The notes: generated by a model from the sequence alone, not told the origin. Shown: positions 45,440 to 59,200, counted from the first letter of the stretch. The stretch: DNA of 64,000 nucleotides from Vicugna vicugna (GCA_013265495.1 MU058883.1:186001-250000), one strand, 5' to 3'. Numbers and translations: made by a program.

Positions 45440-47500
45440 CGTAAGCATGCCTTGTCAGGGTCCCATGTCTGCCTTGTTGCTTTGACTGGATTTCCCCACT
45501 AATGTTTAACGGAAGTGACCTAGCTTTTGCTGCCTTGAAATGAATGGAGGAGCCCTTTGTTCCTGGGACCTTGGGTTTTTGACCCCAACATGTGGCCTGG
45601 GACATGGGTCTTTTCTAGTTTTGAGGACAGGCTTTGAGTGGCAGGCTGGGCCTGCAGTCCCCAGGAGCTGTCAGCTCTGCAGCTCTGAGGCCCCATCCGG
45701 CCCCAGGGGCTTCCTCCTTTGCCTTGTTAATGTAGTGCCTTGTAGTGATTGCTGTTCCAGTGTTAAAATATCCCTCATAACCCTGCGCTGTGTGTCCACG
45801 CTGGATTACTGGCTCCATACCTTGCTGGATTCAGTTAGCTAAGTTCATCAAGGACTTTGCATCTATGGTCACGCATGGTGTTGACCTATAGGTTTCCTGT
45901 AGTAATGAGTTTGTCTAGTTTTGGTCTGAGGGCAAAGCGTGTCTTCAAAAATGAGTAGGGAAAGGTTCCTCCTTATTTCTTTTCAGAGTATGTTTAAGAT
46001 TGGTATTATTTCATTCTTAAATGTTTGGTAGAACTCCCCAGCAACACCATCTACGTCAGGAGTCTTCTTTGTGGAAAGGTCTTTAATTATGAACTCAACA
46101 ACATTCATAGACACAGGCTATTCAAATCTGATGTTCCTTGTGTGAATTTTGGCAAGTTATGACTTTTGAGACCTTTGTGTATTTCGACTGAGTTGTCCGA
46201 TGTCTTTGCATAAATTTATTAATAATGTCCCTTTGTACTCCAATGTCTGTAGGCTCTAACTGCTATGTTTTCAGTCCCGATACTAGTATTTGTGGATTTT
46301 TCTCTTGATCCGTTTAGCCAGAGGTTTATCAACTGCACTGATCATTTCAAAGAACCAGGTTTCATTTTACTGATTTTTCCCTGTTGTCGTTTTCCTACGA
46401 CATTAAATTTTCTCTCGTTTCCTTCCAACCACTTCCTTGGGCTTGATTTGCTGTTGTGTGGCCTTCCCAGAGTGGGGCCTCTGGCCAGTGATTTCAGGCC
46501 TCTTCTCTTTCCTGAGACAAACACCTGCAGCACACATTTCCCACTAACACTGCGTCAGCTTCGTCTCGCAGATGCTGGTAAGTTGTGTTTCCATGGCCGT
46601 GCAGCTCAAGAGACTTCCCAGTTTCCCTTTGATTACTTGTTTGACTCCTGAGTTTATTATGTTGTTTAACTTCCAACTATTTGGGCATTCTTCCGATATC
46701 TCGTATCTTTTTGTTGCTGGTTTCTCACTTAGTTGTGTTGTATCTGAGTAACATACTCCGTAGGATTTCAACCGTCTTTCTTGTGCTGAGGCCTGCTGTA
46801 TGGCCCAGTGTGTGGCCTACTTTGGAGACCGTTCACATGTGCACTTGAAAAGAATGTGTGCTTGCTCTTGTTACACGTGCTGCTCTGCGAGCATCAGTGC
46901 GGGCAGCGGCTTGGTGATGTTCAAGTCTACCCTTGCTAAGCTCTTAGTCACTGGGAGGGGGGTCAGAACAGCCTGCCAGAGCCACGAGTCTGTCTAATCA
47001 CTTCCGAGTTAGCCCTTTCATTGTATGAAATGTCCCTTGCGTCTCCGGTGCAGCTCCCCGTGCTGAAGTCCGCTTTGACATTAATACCCCATCCAGCTTC
47101 GCCATGACTGGTGTTTTCATTTTATATCTTTTTACATTCTTTCACTTTGTTTTCACTTTTCACTTTTAACCTGTCTTTATGTTTAAAGTGTGTGTCATTT
47201 AGACAGCATATTGTCACTTCCTGCTTTTGTAATCCAGTTTGACAGTCTTTGACTTTTGATCGGAGTATTTAGGCCAATTACGTTTAGTGTGGTTAGTGAC
47301 AGGGTCGGGTTAGATCTGCCACCTTCCTACTGCTTCCTATCTGTCTCTTTGTCCCTTTCTCGTCCCTCTTTTGGATTAATTGAGTCTTTTGTTTTATACT
47401 CCATTTATCTCCTCTGTTGGCTTATTTATTTAAAAAGCCTCTTTGTTTTACTTGTTCAATGGTTGCTGTTGGGTTTACAATATACATATTTAACTTATTG
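45440..47500 (-). mobile_element. Old L1 (L1M) ORF2 fragment, endonuclease/Z/RT region, decayed
   Basis: AT-rich; minus-strand peptides NSWKLNN and GNTTYQHLRDEADAVL match L1 ORF2 (NSWKLNN; NTTYQNLWDAAKAVL). Confidence 0.85.
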
Positions 47501-47950
47501 ATGACTGGATGTAGGAGAAGGGGGGAAACTGTGGCCTGGGCAACAAGCGGGATCATTCTCTGAGATGGGGGACTTTGAAGGATGATTACAGTGCAGGTGG
47601 TGGGTGGTGGTGAAGGGGCTTGATCATGTGGTCAGTTCTGGTCAAGTGCACTTAAAATGCACGTTAGATGTCCGAGAGAAGGTGCCTGGCGGGGAGTCCC
47701 ATGTGTGGTCCAGAGGTCTGGGCTGAAGCGGCCACTGGGGTCATGGGCACAGGGGTGATTCTTAGGTCAGCAGGACTGGTTGAGTCTGGTATAAAGAGTG
47801 TGATGGGGCAAGAAAGGGCCCAGGACCAAGCCCCAGTGGACGCCAAGTTTGGGCCCTGCATGGAGAACAACAAGGGTGTGCGAGGAGAGGCCAGAGAGGA
47901 AGGGGCGAAATGGGGCAAGTGCCACGTCTCAGAGCCAGAAAGGCAGCGGC
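47500..47950 (-). mobile_element. L2 LINE fragment
   Basis: GATGACTGGATGTAGGAGAAGG...GGCCTGGGCAACAAGCGGGAT...TCCAGAGGTCTGGGCTGAAG. Confidence 0.5.
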
Positions 47951-50529
47951 CCAGCGGCCGCCCCCAGGTGCTGCCACCAAGGGCTTCTGCATCTGCCACC
48001 AAGCGTGCAAGGGGGCCTTGAAGGCCCCCTGAGGCCCTCCCCCTTCCCTGTGCACACGCGCCTGGCGTGCATTTAGACCTCGTCAACGTTTCACTGAAAC
48101 ACTTAAAAACAAAGAGCTAGGGACGGTTCAGCTCTGCCAAAAGCTGCTGGGGAGTGGAGTAAGGCGAAGCCTGTCAGATGCCCGCTGGGTTCTGCGACTC
48201 AGTGGCCGAAGGGCCCTCAGGGGGAGACGTGTCTGTGGGCTGGCTGCGTGGGACCTGGGTCCCAGTGGTGGAGCACCAAGGGTTGGGGGGGAGCAGACAC
48301 CGTGTGTGAGGCCATCTTTCCAGAGAGTGTGTGGGACCAGAGCCATCGCATGGTCCTCTAGCCGGGCTCTGCAGGGGCAGTCAGCCAAATCCAGGGCCAG
48401 GCTTCTCCAGGGGGTGGGAGGGCAGGGCCAGCAGGGTCGGGCATTTCAGGACCAGGGTCAACAAGGGGGGCTTCCCGTGAGTCAAGCTCTGGGAGCTGCT
48501 CTTGCAGCTAACCCCCCAACCCCTCCGCTGCCCAAGGCAGATTCCCCAGTGCCCACCCTCTCCTGGGACGTTATCTAAACAGTACCAGACCCCGGCTTTC
48601 TGCAGCCCTGCAACCTGACCGATCTGCCTCAATCAGTGTCGACTTCCTGGAAGAGCAGGCCCATCACGACGGAAGCTGTGCGGACTGTCCCTGACTTAGA
48701 GCAGGAGACTGGCCCGCTCGGCTCGGGACCAGCCAGAGAGGTCTCAGCAAACAGTGGGAAGCAGTGAGCAGATGGAGATGGGGCGGCGAGCCTGCCGCGA
48801 GGGACCCAGGACAGGCAGGTGGCGGAGGTGAGGGGTGAGAGCAGAGGTCGGTGGCCCAGGTGAGGGTAGGGTCCATGAAACAGCCCTGAACTCTGTTTGT
48901 GTGCATGTGTGTGTGTGTGTTTGTGCCTATGCATGTTTCTGGAAAAAGACTCTTTGGGTTTTTTAAGTGAACAAGCACAACGTGAAAAATCAAGCCTTGC
49001 TCCCTGACCCCTCACGTGGGCCTTGGCCTGGCGCTGCCCCTCACCTTGCCCTCACCCACTCCAGGCCGGCCCTAACCGCAGCCGCAGAGGGACCACCCCC
49101 TCCCACTCCCCCTTCCCATCGCGCCCACACCCCTGCCATCCGCCGTCCCCACACACCCGTGGCCCTCTTCCCCCACAGTCCCTGCCATCGGAGGGCCAGC
49201 TCGGGGCCAGGCTGCTCCGCCCCTGCCCCTTTGGTACCAGGTGCTCGCTCTCAACATCGTGCCGGGAAGGAGCCTGCCAGGGCATTCCAGCTCTCTCCTC
49301 CAGGGGCTCCTGGTGTCCCCGAGCCATCCCTGCCCTTCCTGGACTGTGGTTTCCCATCTGTGCAGTGGCGCTGGGGGCTGGGTGTGCAGAGGCTGGCACC
49401 CGAGTGGGCGGTGGAGGCAGCCCAGCCCCCAGTTTTGAGGACACCCTTGCTTTCCAGGCAGAGCAGAGGGCCCTGAACTCCCAGGTTCCTTCTACCTCCA
49501 CATGCAGTGAGTGTTGCTTCCCAAGTGATGGGTGTTTCCCCGTGGTCCAGTCTTTGCGGGTGAGGCCCAGTGGGGAAGAGCCAAGCGGGAGCACGCTGGG
49601 CCTGGGACCTCTGTCCCCCTAGCTCAGGCTGCCTCCCACCCAAGAGCCCTCCCATAGATGTAGGTCAGCAGAGGGGTGTGTGTGTGCACGTGCGTATACG
49701 TGCACACATGTATGCTAATAGTGTAGATCTGTACATGTGCTTGCACGCCTTTCTCTCCCTCTGGCATGAAGTGAATAAAAGCTGGATGGTGCACTTTGGC
49801 TCAGCTCCTAACCTTGGCACCAGCAGCTGAGTGGGATCCAGACCCAGGGAGCACCCTCCGCTGCCCGACTGTCGTCCAGTCTCCTCCCCCTCCTCTCCTG
49901 ACTCCTGGCTTGGGTGCCTGGCCCTGTAGAGTGGCCCCCGGCCCGGGTGTGGGGGTGTCCCTGACTATGCTCTGTGCTTGCTCCTGCTCCGGTTTCAGGT
50001 GGCGGCCTCTGGACGCTCATCAGATTCCGGTGTGACGTCTGGTTCTGGCGAGACCACTTCAGGAAGTGGCTGGTTTTGTTTTTTCTCTAAGTATAATTGC
50101 AAATTCATGGATGTAAACGTTTTTTGTGTTTCAACTTGAAGTTATTCTCCTGTGGATTTTAAATCAGCCCATCTCTGGTCCCCAGGAGCAAGCTTGCGTT
50201 GACTCTTGCGTCCCTCTGTCGGCGGCCTGTGGTCTCGAGCTGCTTGGCTCTCTGGTGTGAAAAGCCGTTCTGGGCACATCCTACGTGGTTCCTAACCCAG
50301 ACCTGAAAGCCCCCACTGCTCTCTGTAGCCTCTTCCTCTTCGTGAGAAAGCACAGCTGGAGACCACAGCCTGGGTGTCGGAGGTGTGGGACGTGGGCCTT
50401 GTCGGTGGGCAGAACCAAAAGCTTTATTTTCAAGGTAAGACACAGCACAAGTCCTCGCCGGTGCTTCTCACTGAAACCCAGACCTGCTTGGTCTTCACTT
50501 AACCGTGTCGCTAACACGCCTGCATGGTT

Positions 50530-50850
50530 CCGCTGCTGGGGTTACTGGGTCAAAGGGCAGTACGTGTCTGATTTTGCTGGATCTTGCCAAATGTCCCTTC
50601 AAGGGCAGGGAGGGGGGTGTGGTTGTGCCATGTGGAATATCAGTGGGTGACATCTGAGGCTGTCTCCCTCAAGCACTGTGGCCAAGCTCCTGGACCTGGT
50701 CCAACTGACGGGAGAAATCACACTGCAGAGCACTTTAAATTTGTGGTTCTCTTTTTGAGTCATGGGGTGTCTTTCCTGTCTTTAACGAGCAACTTACATC
50801 TCCTTTTCAGGGAACTGTCTGTTCCTATCAGTTGGCCTTTTGCCCGAGCT
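50530..50850 (-). mobile_element. L1ME 3' fragment
   Basis: TTACTGGGTCAAAGGG...TCTTGCCAAATGTCCCTTC...CTCCTTTTCAGGGAACTGTCTGTTCCTATC follows the antisense L1ME3/4 pattern. Confidence 0.6.
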
Positions 50851-53114
50851 GCAGAGGAAATGTCTTGGAAGGCCAACAGCCTGGGGAGGGCATGGTAACC
50901 CTCAGCAGAGCACTTCTCAGGGGAAGTTGAAGTTGAGGACCGCCCGCCTTGGTGTCTCTCAGGCTGCTGGTGAAGCGGCCACTCCTTGGGCCCAGCAGAC
51001 CGACTGGCTCAGATCAGCCAGAGCCGAGGGGAGGGGAAGGGGAGGGAAAATCCCCTTTCAAGGGCGACGCCCTCTCCTGTTCTGAATACACCTGCTGGAC
51101 ATCACAGTTGATTTTAAAGCAAGGATGAGATGCTCTGGGCACATACTTGGCTCCCATGAGGGTCCCCTCTGCCAGGCAGGTGACTCAGCCTAAGGTCCAG
51201 CCAGAGAGTCGGGATCAGGAGGAGGCACGCAGGGTGATGGCTGCCTGGAGGAGGAGGCAGGAGGAGGCAGGAGGAGGGAGGAGGAGGGAGCGGTAGGGCG
51301 CCCAGTGGGCTGGGGTGGGTGTCTCTGCTCTGCTGGGAAGGGAGGCCCGAGACCACCACGGCGGGCAGCCGGCGGTTGGAGGGTCGGGCAGGAAGTGTCT
51401 CCAGGAGGGGACCTGGCAGCCAGCCTTCCAGTCAGAGAAGCCTCAGGCAGAGAAAGGGGAAGGAGGCCCTGGAGGAGCAGGAAACTGCGGCCACACCAGC
51501 ACCAGGGCCTGGGCGGGAGGGAGGGCTCCGTGCAGGAGGCAGCAGAGCCGTGGCCCCCCAGCGGGGGGGGGGCGCCCAGGAGGCCGGGGGAGCTGTCCAG
51601 GGCTGAAGGAGCATCGCCTGCCCTCCGCCCAGCCCGCCTCCTCCAGCCCTGCACAGCGGAGCCGTCCACCTCTGGGGTCCGCCTGCCCCAGGAGCCTCAG
51701 GCTGGGGGCCACAGCGCTGCCTCAGGAGGAGGAGGCCAGCTGTCGCAGGAGGACTTCTGCCCCTGTGCAGGGTCCCCGGGTGTCCGAGGGCAGGGCTGTG
51801 CTGACTGGGAGGAGATGGGAGTGGGGGCCGGGAAGGCGGCGCCCTGGGCGCTCCCCTGCTGGCCTGTGTCAGATCTGTGGGGTGTGGGCAGGGCCGGGCC
51901 GGGACACCTGTCCGCCCTGGGCCTGCCTGCTGCTCCACGACCTGACCCAGGACGCACCCTGGGGAGCAGTCCAGACAGGCCAGCAGCACTTCAGGGCCCC
52001 TCAGGACCCCCTGGAAGCCCTCGCAGTCCCCTAGTGCACTTGTTGTCCTGTGGTGGCTCCTCCCTCCCGGCACAGGCCACATTGCTGGGAAAGGGCCAGA
52101 CGCGCCGGCGGGCAGGGCCCTCTGTCAGACGCTGGGCTGTCCTGCGCGAAGGGCTGCAGGAGGGGCCCCAGAAAAGTGGCTGCGGCCGGGTTTGTCTTGG
52201 GGCACAAGGATGGTCACAGTGGGGGCGCGGGGGAGAGACAGGCAGTCCAGGCGCAGGGGCCCCAGAATGGCCTGCCACCCTGGGGCCCCAGGCCAGAGTG
52301 CACGGCCCGGACACATGGCCTCTGCGCATCGGGACTCTGGCGTGTGCCGGTGGTCACGGGCGGAGTGACAGCTCCAGAGCCTGGAGGCCGTCTGATCAGA
52401 GGACCGAGGGCTTTGCCACCCCAGGTGTGCCGCCAGCTTCTGGAGACGGGGCAGCCATCCTTGGGCGCCCCCTCAACCCCTGCCCCTCCTGCCCCTCCCG
52501 CCCCTCCTGCCCCCCGCCACTCAGCCACATTCGCTGAATGAATGATGAATGAACGAATGTGCGAGCGAGCATGGTGAGGCCTCGGAGGCCACGTGGAGGC
52601 ATTTGTGTGGGGACAGAGGAGGTTTCTGAGGGAGAGAGGTGGCAGCTGCAAGCTTGGTGCTGGAAGGCCTCCTGCAGGAGGCCCCTCGGTGGCCTTGGCG
52701 GCACCTGCCGCTGTGCCAGGTGGGGTGGCAGGTGGCCGGTAGGGGGTGGGGGCCGGGGATGGGGTGTTTCTCACAGGAGGGGGCAGAGTGCTGGGCGCCC
52801 AGTCCCCTGCCCCCTGCCCACATGGGTCAAGGCCTTGGCTCTCCCTGCACTGCACACCACTTCCACGACGCAGTCCCCCTCTGCCGTGCTGGGGGGCAGT
52901 GCACGGAGATGAGCCCCAGGTCACACCCGAGGCCTCGCGGTGGTGGCAGGGTGAGAGCTGGGCCTGGGACAGAGCAGGTCCTGGTTGAGGGCACCTCGAG
53001 CCAGAGAGCTGGACCCGCACAGCCAGCCCCTCCCCGTCCGCGCCCCCGCTGCCTGGCCACCGCTTCTGCCCGCCTAATGCAAACCCTTCCATGGCCACAC
53101 AAGTGCTTCTCTAT

Positions 53115-53220
53115 TTTTATATATTTTTTATTATGGAAAATTGCAAATATGTACCAAAGCAGGGCGTCTAGCACAGAGAACGCCATGTCTCCTGCTGCGC
53201 CATGGTCAGCTCCCCCAACT
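53115..53220 (-). mobile_element. L1ME terminal fragment
   Basis: TTTTATTATGGAAAATTGCAAATATGTACCAAAG. Confidence 0.5.
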
Positions 53221-56200
53221 CCTGTTTCACCGGCAGCCCTCACCCTGCAGGGTCTTCCATGCCACCTCGCCCGAGGACACTGGCGTGTGGGCTTCCAGCA
53301 GACGAGAGCCTGTTGAGACCAGCCATAGTGCCACCTGGCACCCAAGGAGCGAGGGCTGATTCCTGACCTGGTCCCCGTGCTGGCCAGCCCCCTGTCGTCC
53401 ACAGGAGGAAGCCTTTCCCAGGTGGCTCTGTGGTGGGGGACCGCCTCTCTGTCCCTCTGGGCTGCAGCTCCCACCCCTGGGTCCCCTGCAGGGCTGAGAG
53501 GCTCGGGGCGGAGCTGATGGCCTGGGCTTATCCAACTGCCTCTTCGAGAGGTAGGAAGGACAAGGGAGGGGGCCACGGGCCCAGCAAAGAGAGGGCTCCC
53601 TGGAGGCAGAGCAGCTGCAGGGTGGGGTGACAGGGCAGCCTGGCCAAGAAGGGGTCCTGTCCCCTGCCTCTCCCTCCCTTCCTCTGGGGAGCTGAGGCCA
53701 GTCTGACCGCTCAGGTGAGCCCCAGGCCCAGGGCCTCTGGGGGAGAAGCGGCCCTCCCAGGGTGAACCGTGTGGAGGTGGGTGTAGGTTTGAGGTGGAGC
53801 TCAAGGGTGTTTCCTCACGATGGGCCTGTGAGGTTTTCCTGTGAGGTGGGAGGGACAGGGGCCTGTGAAGAGTGAGCAGGAGCTGGCGTGTGGAGGAGGC
53901 TGGAGGGGCTGGGGGACTGTGAGAGAAGGACCTGGAGGCCAAGAGCCAGCCAGCGGGCACAGGGCAGGGCTGCCCAGCCAGCAGGGGAGGAAGGCGGGTG
54001 GATGCCCTGGGACCCACCCGCACCAGTCACCTCCTCTCCCTGCCCCACAGGGACCTCCCCCTCCCCTCCCCCATGGGTCTCGGTTGTCCCCCTCCCCCTG
54101 CAGTGGTGTCCTCGTCATTCCCCCTTCAGTACAGTGACGACAGGGGCAGATAACGGCCCCCTGGCTGGCTTTTGGCCAGACCAGTGGGATGCGGAGGGTT
54201 GCTTCCCAGACCTGGACTCTGTGAAGAGGGTCCAGAGAGTGTGGCAGGAGCAGAAGCCCGTGTCCTCAGCTTCCCGGGGTGCCAGCCCAAGGCTGGGCCC
54301 AGGCCCAGAGGCCTCTGGTTCCAGGGGTGCCCTGGGTCCCAGCCCCCACCAGGCACTTGGGGCAGGGCTGGCACCAGGGTGAGGCAAGGGAGGCCCTGGC
54401 CTCGCACAGTAACTAAGAGCCCCCCAAACTCAGTTGTCAAGGTGGACAGTACTTCACTGCGGTACTGTAATACGGCAGGGGTCACACAAAATCCACGGTG
54501 AATCAGCATTTCAGATAAAGGCAAGATGGAGGGACGGGCAGTCCTAGGCTGCAGGCTGCAGGCTGCAGGTCGAAGGCAGACTGGCCCCTGCCCAGCCCCC
54601 AGTCAGGCTCTGAAGGCGCCGCAGTGCCGCCACGCAGGGCCAGGGGCTCCCCTCCACCCGCCACTCAGATAGCCACGTCTCCCTGTGGACAGTCAAGCCC
54701 CCTTCCCACCCAGCTGCTGCGGGCAGAGGCCTGTGCTGGGGATTGTGAAAGAGAGGTTGTCAGCTCCCTCCCACCCGCCTGCTCCGCCTCCAGCCTCTGC
54801 TTCCCAGCTCGAGGCCTTGCCCACAGGCCCTCCCATCTTCCAGGAAGCCCCTCCCCATCTCTGCCTCCTCCCACCTCCCAGGACCAGCTCAGTGCCACCT
54901 CCTTCTAGAAGCCTCCCGGTCCTGACCTGCCCTCCGTGAAGCCCCACGCTGTGAGTGCCTGCCCCACTGTGCCGGGCGAGCCCACCCGGCCACCTCGCCC
55001 GCCCAGCTGTGTCCAGCAGGGTGGGCATGGAAGAGGGGCAGACCGTGGTGTAGAGTGAGGTGGCGTGGGCGCAGAGCAGCCTGGGGAGGAGAGCCCGGGG
55101 TGGGTAAGGCCCTCGGCCAGTGGCCGCACTGCCCAGCGAGGGACACCCCGCCTGATGTCCCCGCCTGAGCGCCCACTCCCAGGGCTGTGCTCCCTTCTGG
55201 ACCCTAAAGGCGGGGGCATTGCTCCCACCCCAGGTGAGGGGCTGGGGGCAGGCGGAGCTCCTGGAATCTGCCAGGTTCCTGGGCCACATCCAGCAGCCGC
55301 CTTTGGAGTGACCCCACCTCCCAGGCCCTTCCCTCGGGGGCTCATCCAGACAGCACAGTGATTCGCATCTCACGTGTGTCTGTGGCTTCCCCTCAACCCC
55401 AACTGCTCAGAGGGGCGGAGGGTCAGGAGGAGGGGGCAGGAAGGGTCCTCCTTCAGACCAGCGCCTGGACCCCCGCCACCCGCAGGCCTGCCGCGCTGCT
55501 CTCCTGGGTCAGCAGGTGCCAGGCAGGGGAGGAGGGTGCGGGGACTGAGGGAGAGGGGTGGCGTGGGGCGATATGAGAGGACGCCTCGCAGGTGGAGCTC
55601 TGCCTGGGCCCCAGGCTGCGGGGCTCCACCATGGGTGCCGGCCGTGGGGCCGCAGGGCCCTGGTCACTCCTTCTCCGAGGAGGGTCGTTTATGGTTCTGA
55701 GGTGGCCCAGCAGCGAGACTGGGCCTAGTCTGGAATCTGAGGCCTGCCTGGTGGGCCAGGCCTCTCGGACCCCCCGGACTCAGTGGACCTCGAGGAGAGG
55801 ACCCGGCCCTGAACTGGGAGGGAGGCATGCGTGGCAGAGGGAAGGGCCGCGGGGCCGCGGGGTGGCGGGGGGAGACGCCCCTCCCCGCTCCGGGAGGCCC
55901 AGAGCTTCGGCCACGGTGTTTACAGAGCGCTGCTGTGCACCAGGAGTCTGCTTAGTGCTCGGGGATGCCGGCCACCCAGTTGGATTCTCCAGCTGGGGCT
56001 GCTGCTGACGGGGTGACAGGATTTATTCAGGCCCTACTCTGTGCGGGAACAGCTGGGGGCTCAGCCACAGGCAAGGTCTAAGGATGCAGAAGGGCTACTT
56101 TCATTCCGGAGTTCAGGGGAGGAAACCAGACGGGGAGGGGCTCGAAGCCGTTCAGCGAGAGGAGGCTGGGGAGGCTGGGGGCAGGAGGAGGGGGCTGGAC

Positions 56201-59200
56201 AGAGAGGCAGCGAGAGGCAGGAGGGAAGGCAGAGGACGGGCCCACGGTGGGGACTGTCAAGCCTGGATCCGGACGGTGGAGACCAGGCCCCCCTCAGGGG
56301 CCTCTGGGTAGGGTCCCTGGTCTCAGGGTCAGGAGGCCTGGGCCAGCCGCTGCCCTTCTCTGGGCCTCGCTTTCCGCCTGTGAAACGGGCAGGGGCCGGG
56401 TGGAAGCTCTCCCCAGTCCCTTGCAGTGTGTGCGGAGAGAGGTGCTGCGGAGCCCAAGCTGAGGGCACAAGGCCCTGCCCTCAGGTGTGTGGGGCTGGGG
56501 GGCTGGTCTGCGGGGGAGGGATAGCCCCTCTGTGCAGGGTCTCCCCGCCCTGAGCTCAGAGTGGAGAGGCCTGCCGAAGAGCACGTCCCCTGCGGGCCTG
56601 GAGGAGCTGGGCAGGAGAACGTTTTAGACTGGGGAAGGGGTGGTCTGGAAGGCAGGCTTCTCAGGAGGTGGGCGTGAGGAGGCAGCTGGTGGAGGGGCGG
56701 GCAGAGCAGGGCAGAGCGGCAGGAAGTGGGCCGGGCACCTGCGTCCACACACGCTGGGGGTCGCCCGGTCGGCGTGGGTGCGGTGCGTGTGAAGGTGCCT
56801 TCCCACGAGCGTGCTGGGCAGGAGCCAGGGCAGAGGCGCTGACCGCAGCCACTGGGAGCTCAGCCCCAGGAAAGGCTCAGGACTCTGCGGAGTCAGTCTG
56901 GGAGAGGACGCCTTCCTCCCGGGGAGGGCTCTGGTCCTTCTAGCACAGGTTGTTTCAGAACAAATGCTCTGTGTCAGCGAGCACGCTGGTTCTCTGGAGG
57001 TGTTGAAGCTGGCGGCCACTGGCACCCCGCTTCCTCTCCCAGAAATTCCCCCAGGCAGCCCTGGGCTGGGGCTGGCGCAGGCGATGGGGAGTCCCGTCAC
57101 CCCCGCTCTGCTGTCATCACCCGCCCACCGCCTGCCTGCCTTAAGGACGGGTGGCCCAGGGGGCTGGCTCACTCCAGCCCAGCTTCCCCACCACTTCTCA
57201 GGCAGCCCCTGCACAGGCTTCCACAGGTCAGGGGGCAGATGGCTCCTCTGGGAAAACTGAGGCTGACTGCAGGTCTGTGCCAACTGTGGGACCAGGGGTC
57301 TCAGCAGGGAGGGCTGTGAGGGGGGTTTGCACCCCAGCAGAGTGTCCGGATGGACATGAGTGTGGTCAGCAGTGCAGAGAAACTTGGGGTGTCTCCTGGG
57401 GCCTGGGCCCCCTCCTCCTTCGTCTCCGAAGTCTCTCCGTGGGCTGCGACCAGCACGTGAAGCTGGAGGAGGGAGTGTCTGAGCGCTGCATTCCTAGCAC
57501 AGTGAGCGCTGCTCTGGGAAACTCGCTTCACTCACACACCCCTGTCCTGGATCCTGGGCGATTTTGAAAGTGGGGTCCCAGCTCTGGAGGTCTCTATGGT
57601 GCCTGGGCGACGAGTCTGCACCCCACTCTGCCTCAGATCCCATTTAGGGAGTCTGCCGGGTTCCCAGGGAGCAGGGTGCAGGCAGGGCCGACCAGACAGC
57701 AGAGGGCTGGCTGGAGGCTGCCGTGTGCTCACATCTCCCAAAGGCGACCGGACGTCTCTTCAGCTGATGGCATGGTTATCTCAGTGCGGAATCAGAGGGT
57801 GGCTTCCGATCTCCGCTTGAGACAGCAGACTGATCTCACCATCAGCAGGAAGCGGTGCCCCTGAGGTGCTGCTACCCCTCCAGGGACAGCCTCCCCGGCA
57901 GGAAGCGGCCCCGGGCAGCGGAGTGCTCTGAGCACTGGCCGGGCCAGGCTGCAGGGGGCCCCAGGCAGCCTAGAGCAATTCTGCAGAGCAAATGTTGGAG
58001 GCGACGGGTCTGCACACCTGAGCAGGACGCTGCTGGGCTCTGTGTCCTGGATGCGGGACCCCGTGCCGGTGCCCGGCGCTGGCAGGGACCTGAGCTGGTT
58101 GCCGTGGCTTCTGGGGACCCCCTGCTATTTGATATGGACCTTGGGATTTGGCTTCCCAAACACTTTTGGGAGGCACCCCAAAGGACAGAGGTGAGACCCC
58201 ACGGACGGGTATCACTTCAAAGTCTCCTGAGCACCTTAAGATGCGTGCAAATTGGGTGCCCTTCTCCCTGATGATTAGGAGTTTGTTTTATTATAAAAGG
58301 AAATTTTAAAGACTGCAGTTAGTTTTTTTAACTTTCCCTCACAAAATATCAAGCTAGACTGAAAGTTGCCCCCCTGGGGGTTGGGGACCAGGGCCCAGCC
58401 CCAATCAGCTGGCTGGGTGGGGGGCATCAGGGGAGGGGCCAGGCCTGCTGCTCATGCAGAAGGGGCTGCAGTCGTCCGCTGTGGCGGGCACCGCTGACCA
58501 GGGCGGTGAGGGGCCGTGTGGGTGCTTCTGACCAGGACATGGTGGAGGACGCCCAGTTCCACCCCGAGGCCGGCTCTGAGCCGTTGGTCTGGGCCTGGAG
58601 GGGCGGGGCTGCCCTCATGGTCCTGACCATCGGGAGCGCAAGAGGCATTCCTGGCCCCAGATGGGGCTCAGGCCAATTTAAGTGGGACCTCAGGGCAGAG
58701 GACTGTGGTAGCCATGCTCTCTGAGGGACAGAGTGAGGCAGGCCAGTGCCCGGAGGGGCCCCAGCCACCCCGCCTCTGGTGGGGGTGACGGGCAGCTCTC
58801 AGCCTGGCAGTGGGGGGAGGCAGGAGGGAGACCAGAGTTCTGCACTTTGCCGGAGGGCGGGCTGGCTGAGCCACAACCCCTGCTGTCCTGGACCGCAGCA
58901 GCCAGTGGCCAGGTGGGGGACAGGCCAATGCCCGCTGAGGTATGGGTGTGGGTCAGACGCAGGTACCTCCTGTAGCCGGTTTGGGGACGGGGTGGAGGGG
59001 GCCACGGGCCGCCCTGGGCTTTGTCCTGAGCCTCTGAGTCCTCCCTGGTGAGGATGGCACTGGGGCTGGTGTGAGACTGGCCACCCTCTGGGCCACCTGT
59101 CCCGAGAGATGGTGGAGTTGGCACAGCGGGGCCTGGAGGTGGACAGTGAGCACCTGCCTTGCTTTCTGACCAGCAGCAAACAGATCCCTGGAGAGGAGGG

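Noticed and set aside
51305-54023. 410-aa (+) and 398-aa (-) ORFs between CAPN10 and GPR35
   Set aside because: GC-driven Gly/Pro/Arg-rich translations with non-ATG starts, no motifs and no consistent exon structure; the region includes simple repeats and repeat remnants.
54990-55090. Minus-strand peptide LLCAHATSLYTTVC faintly resembling GPR35 segments (possible pseudogene)
   Set aside because: The matching pieces are very short and come from non-adjacent parts of GPR35; no extended similarity.
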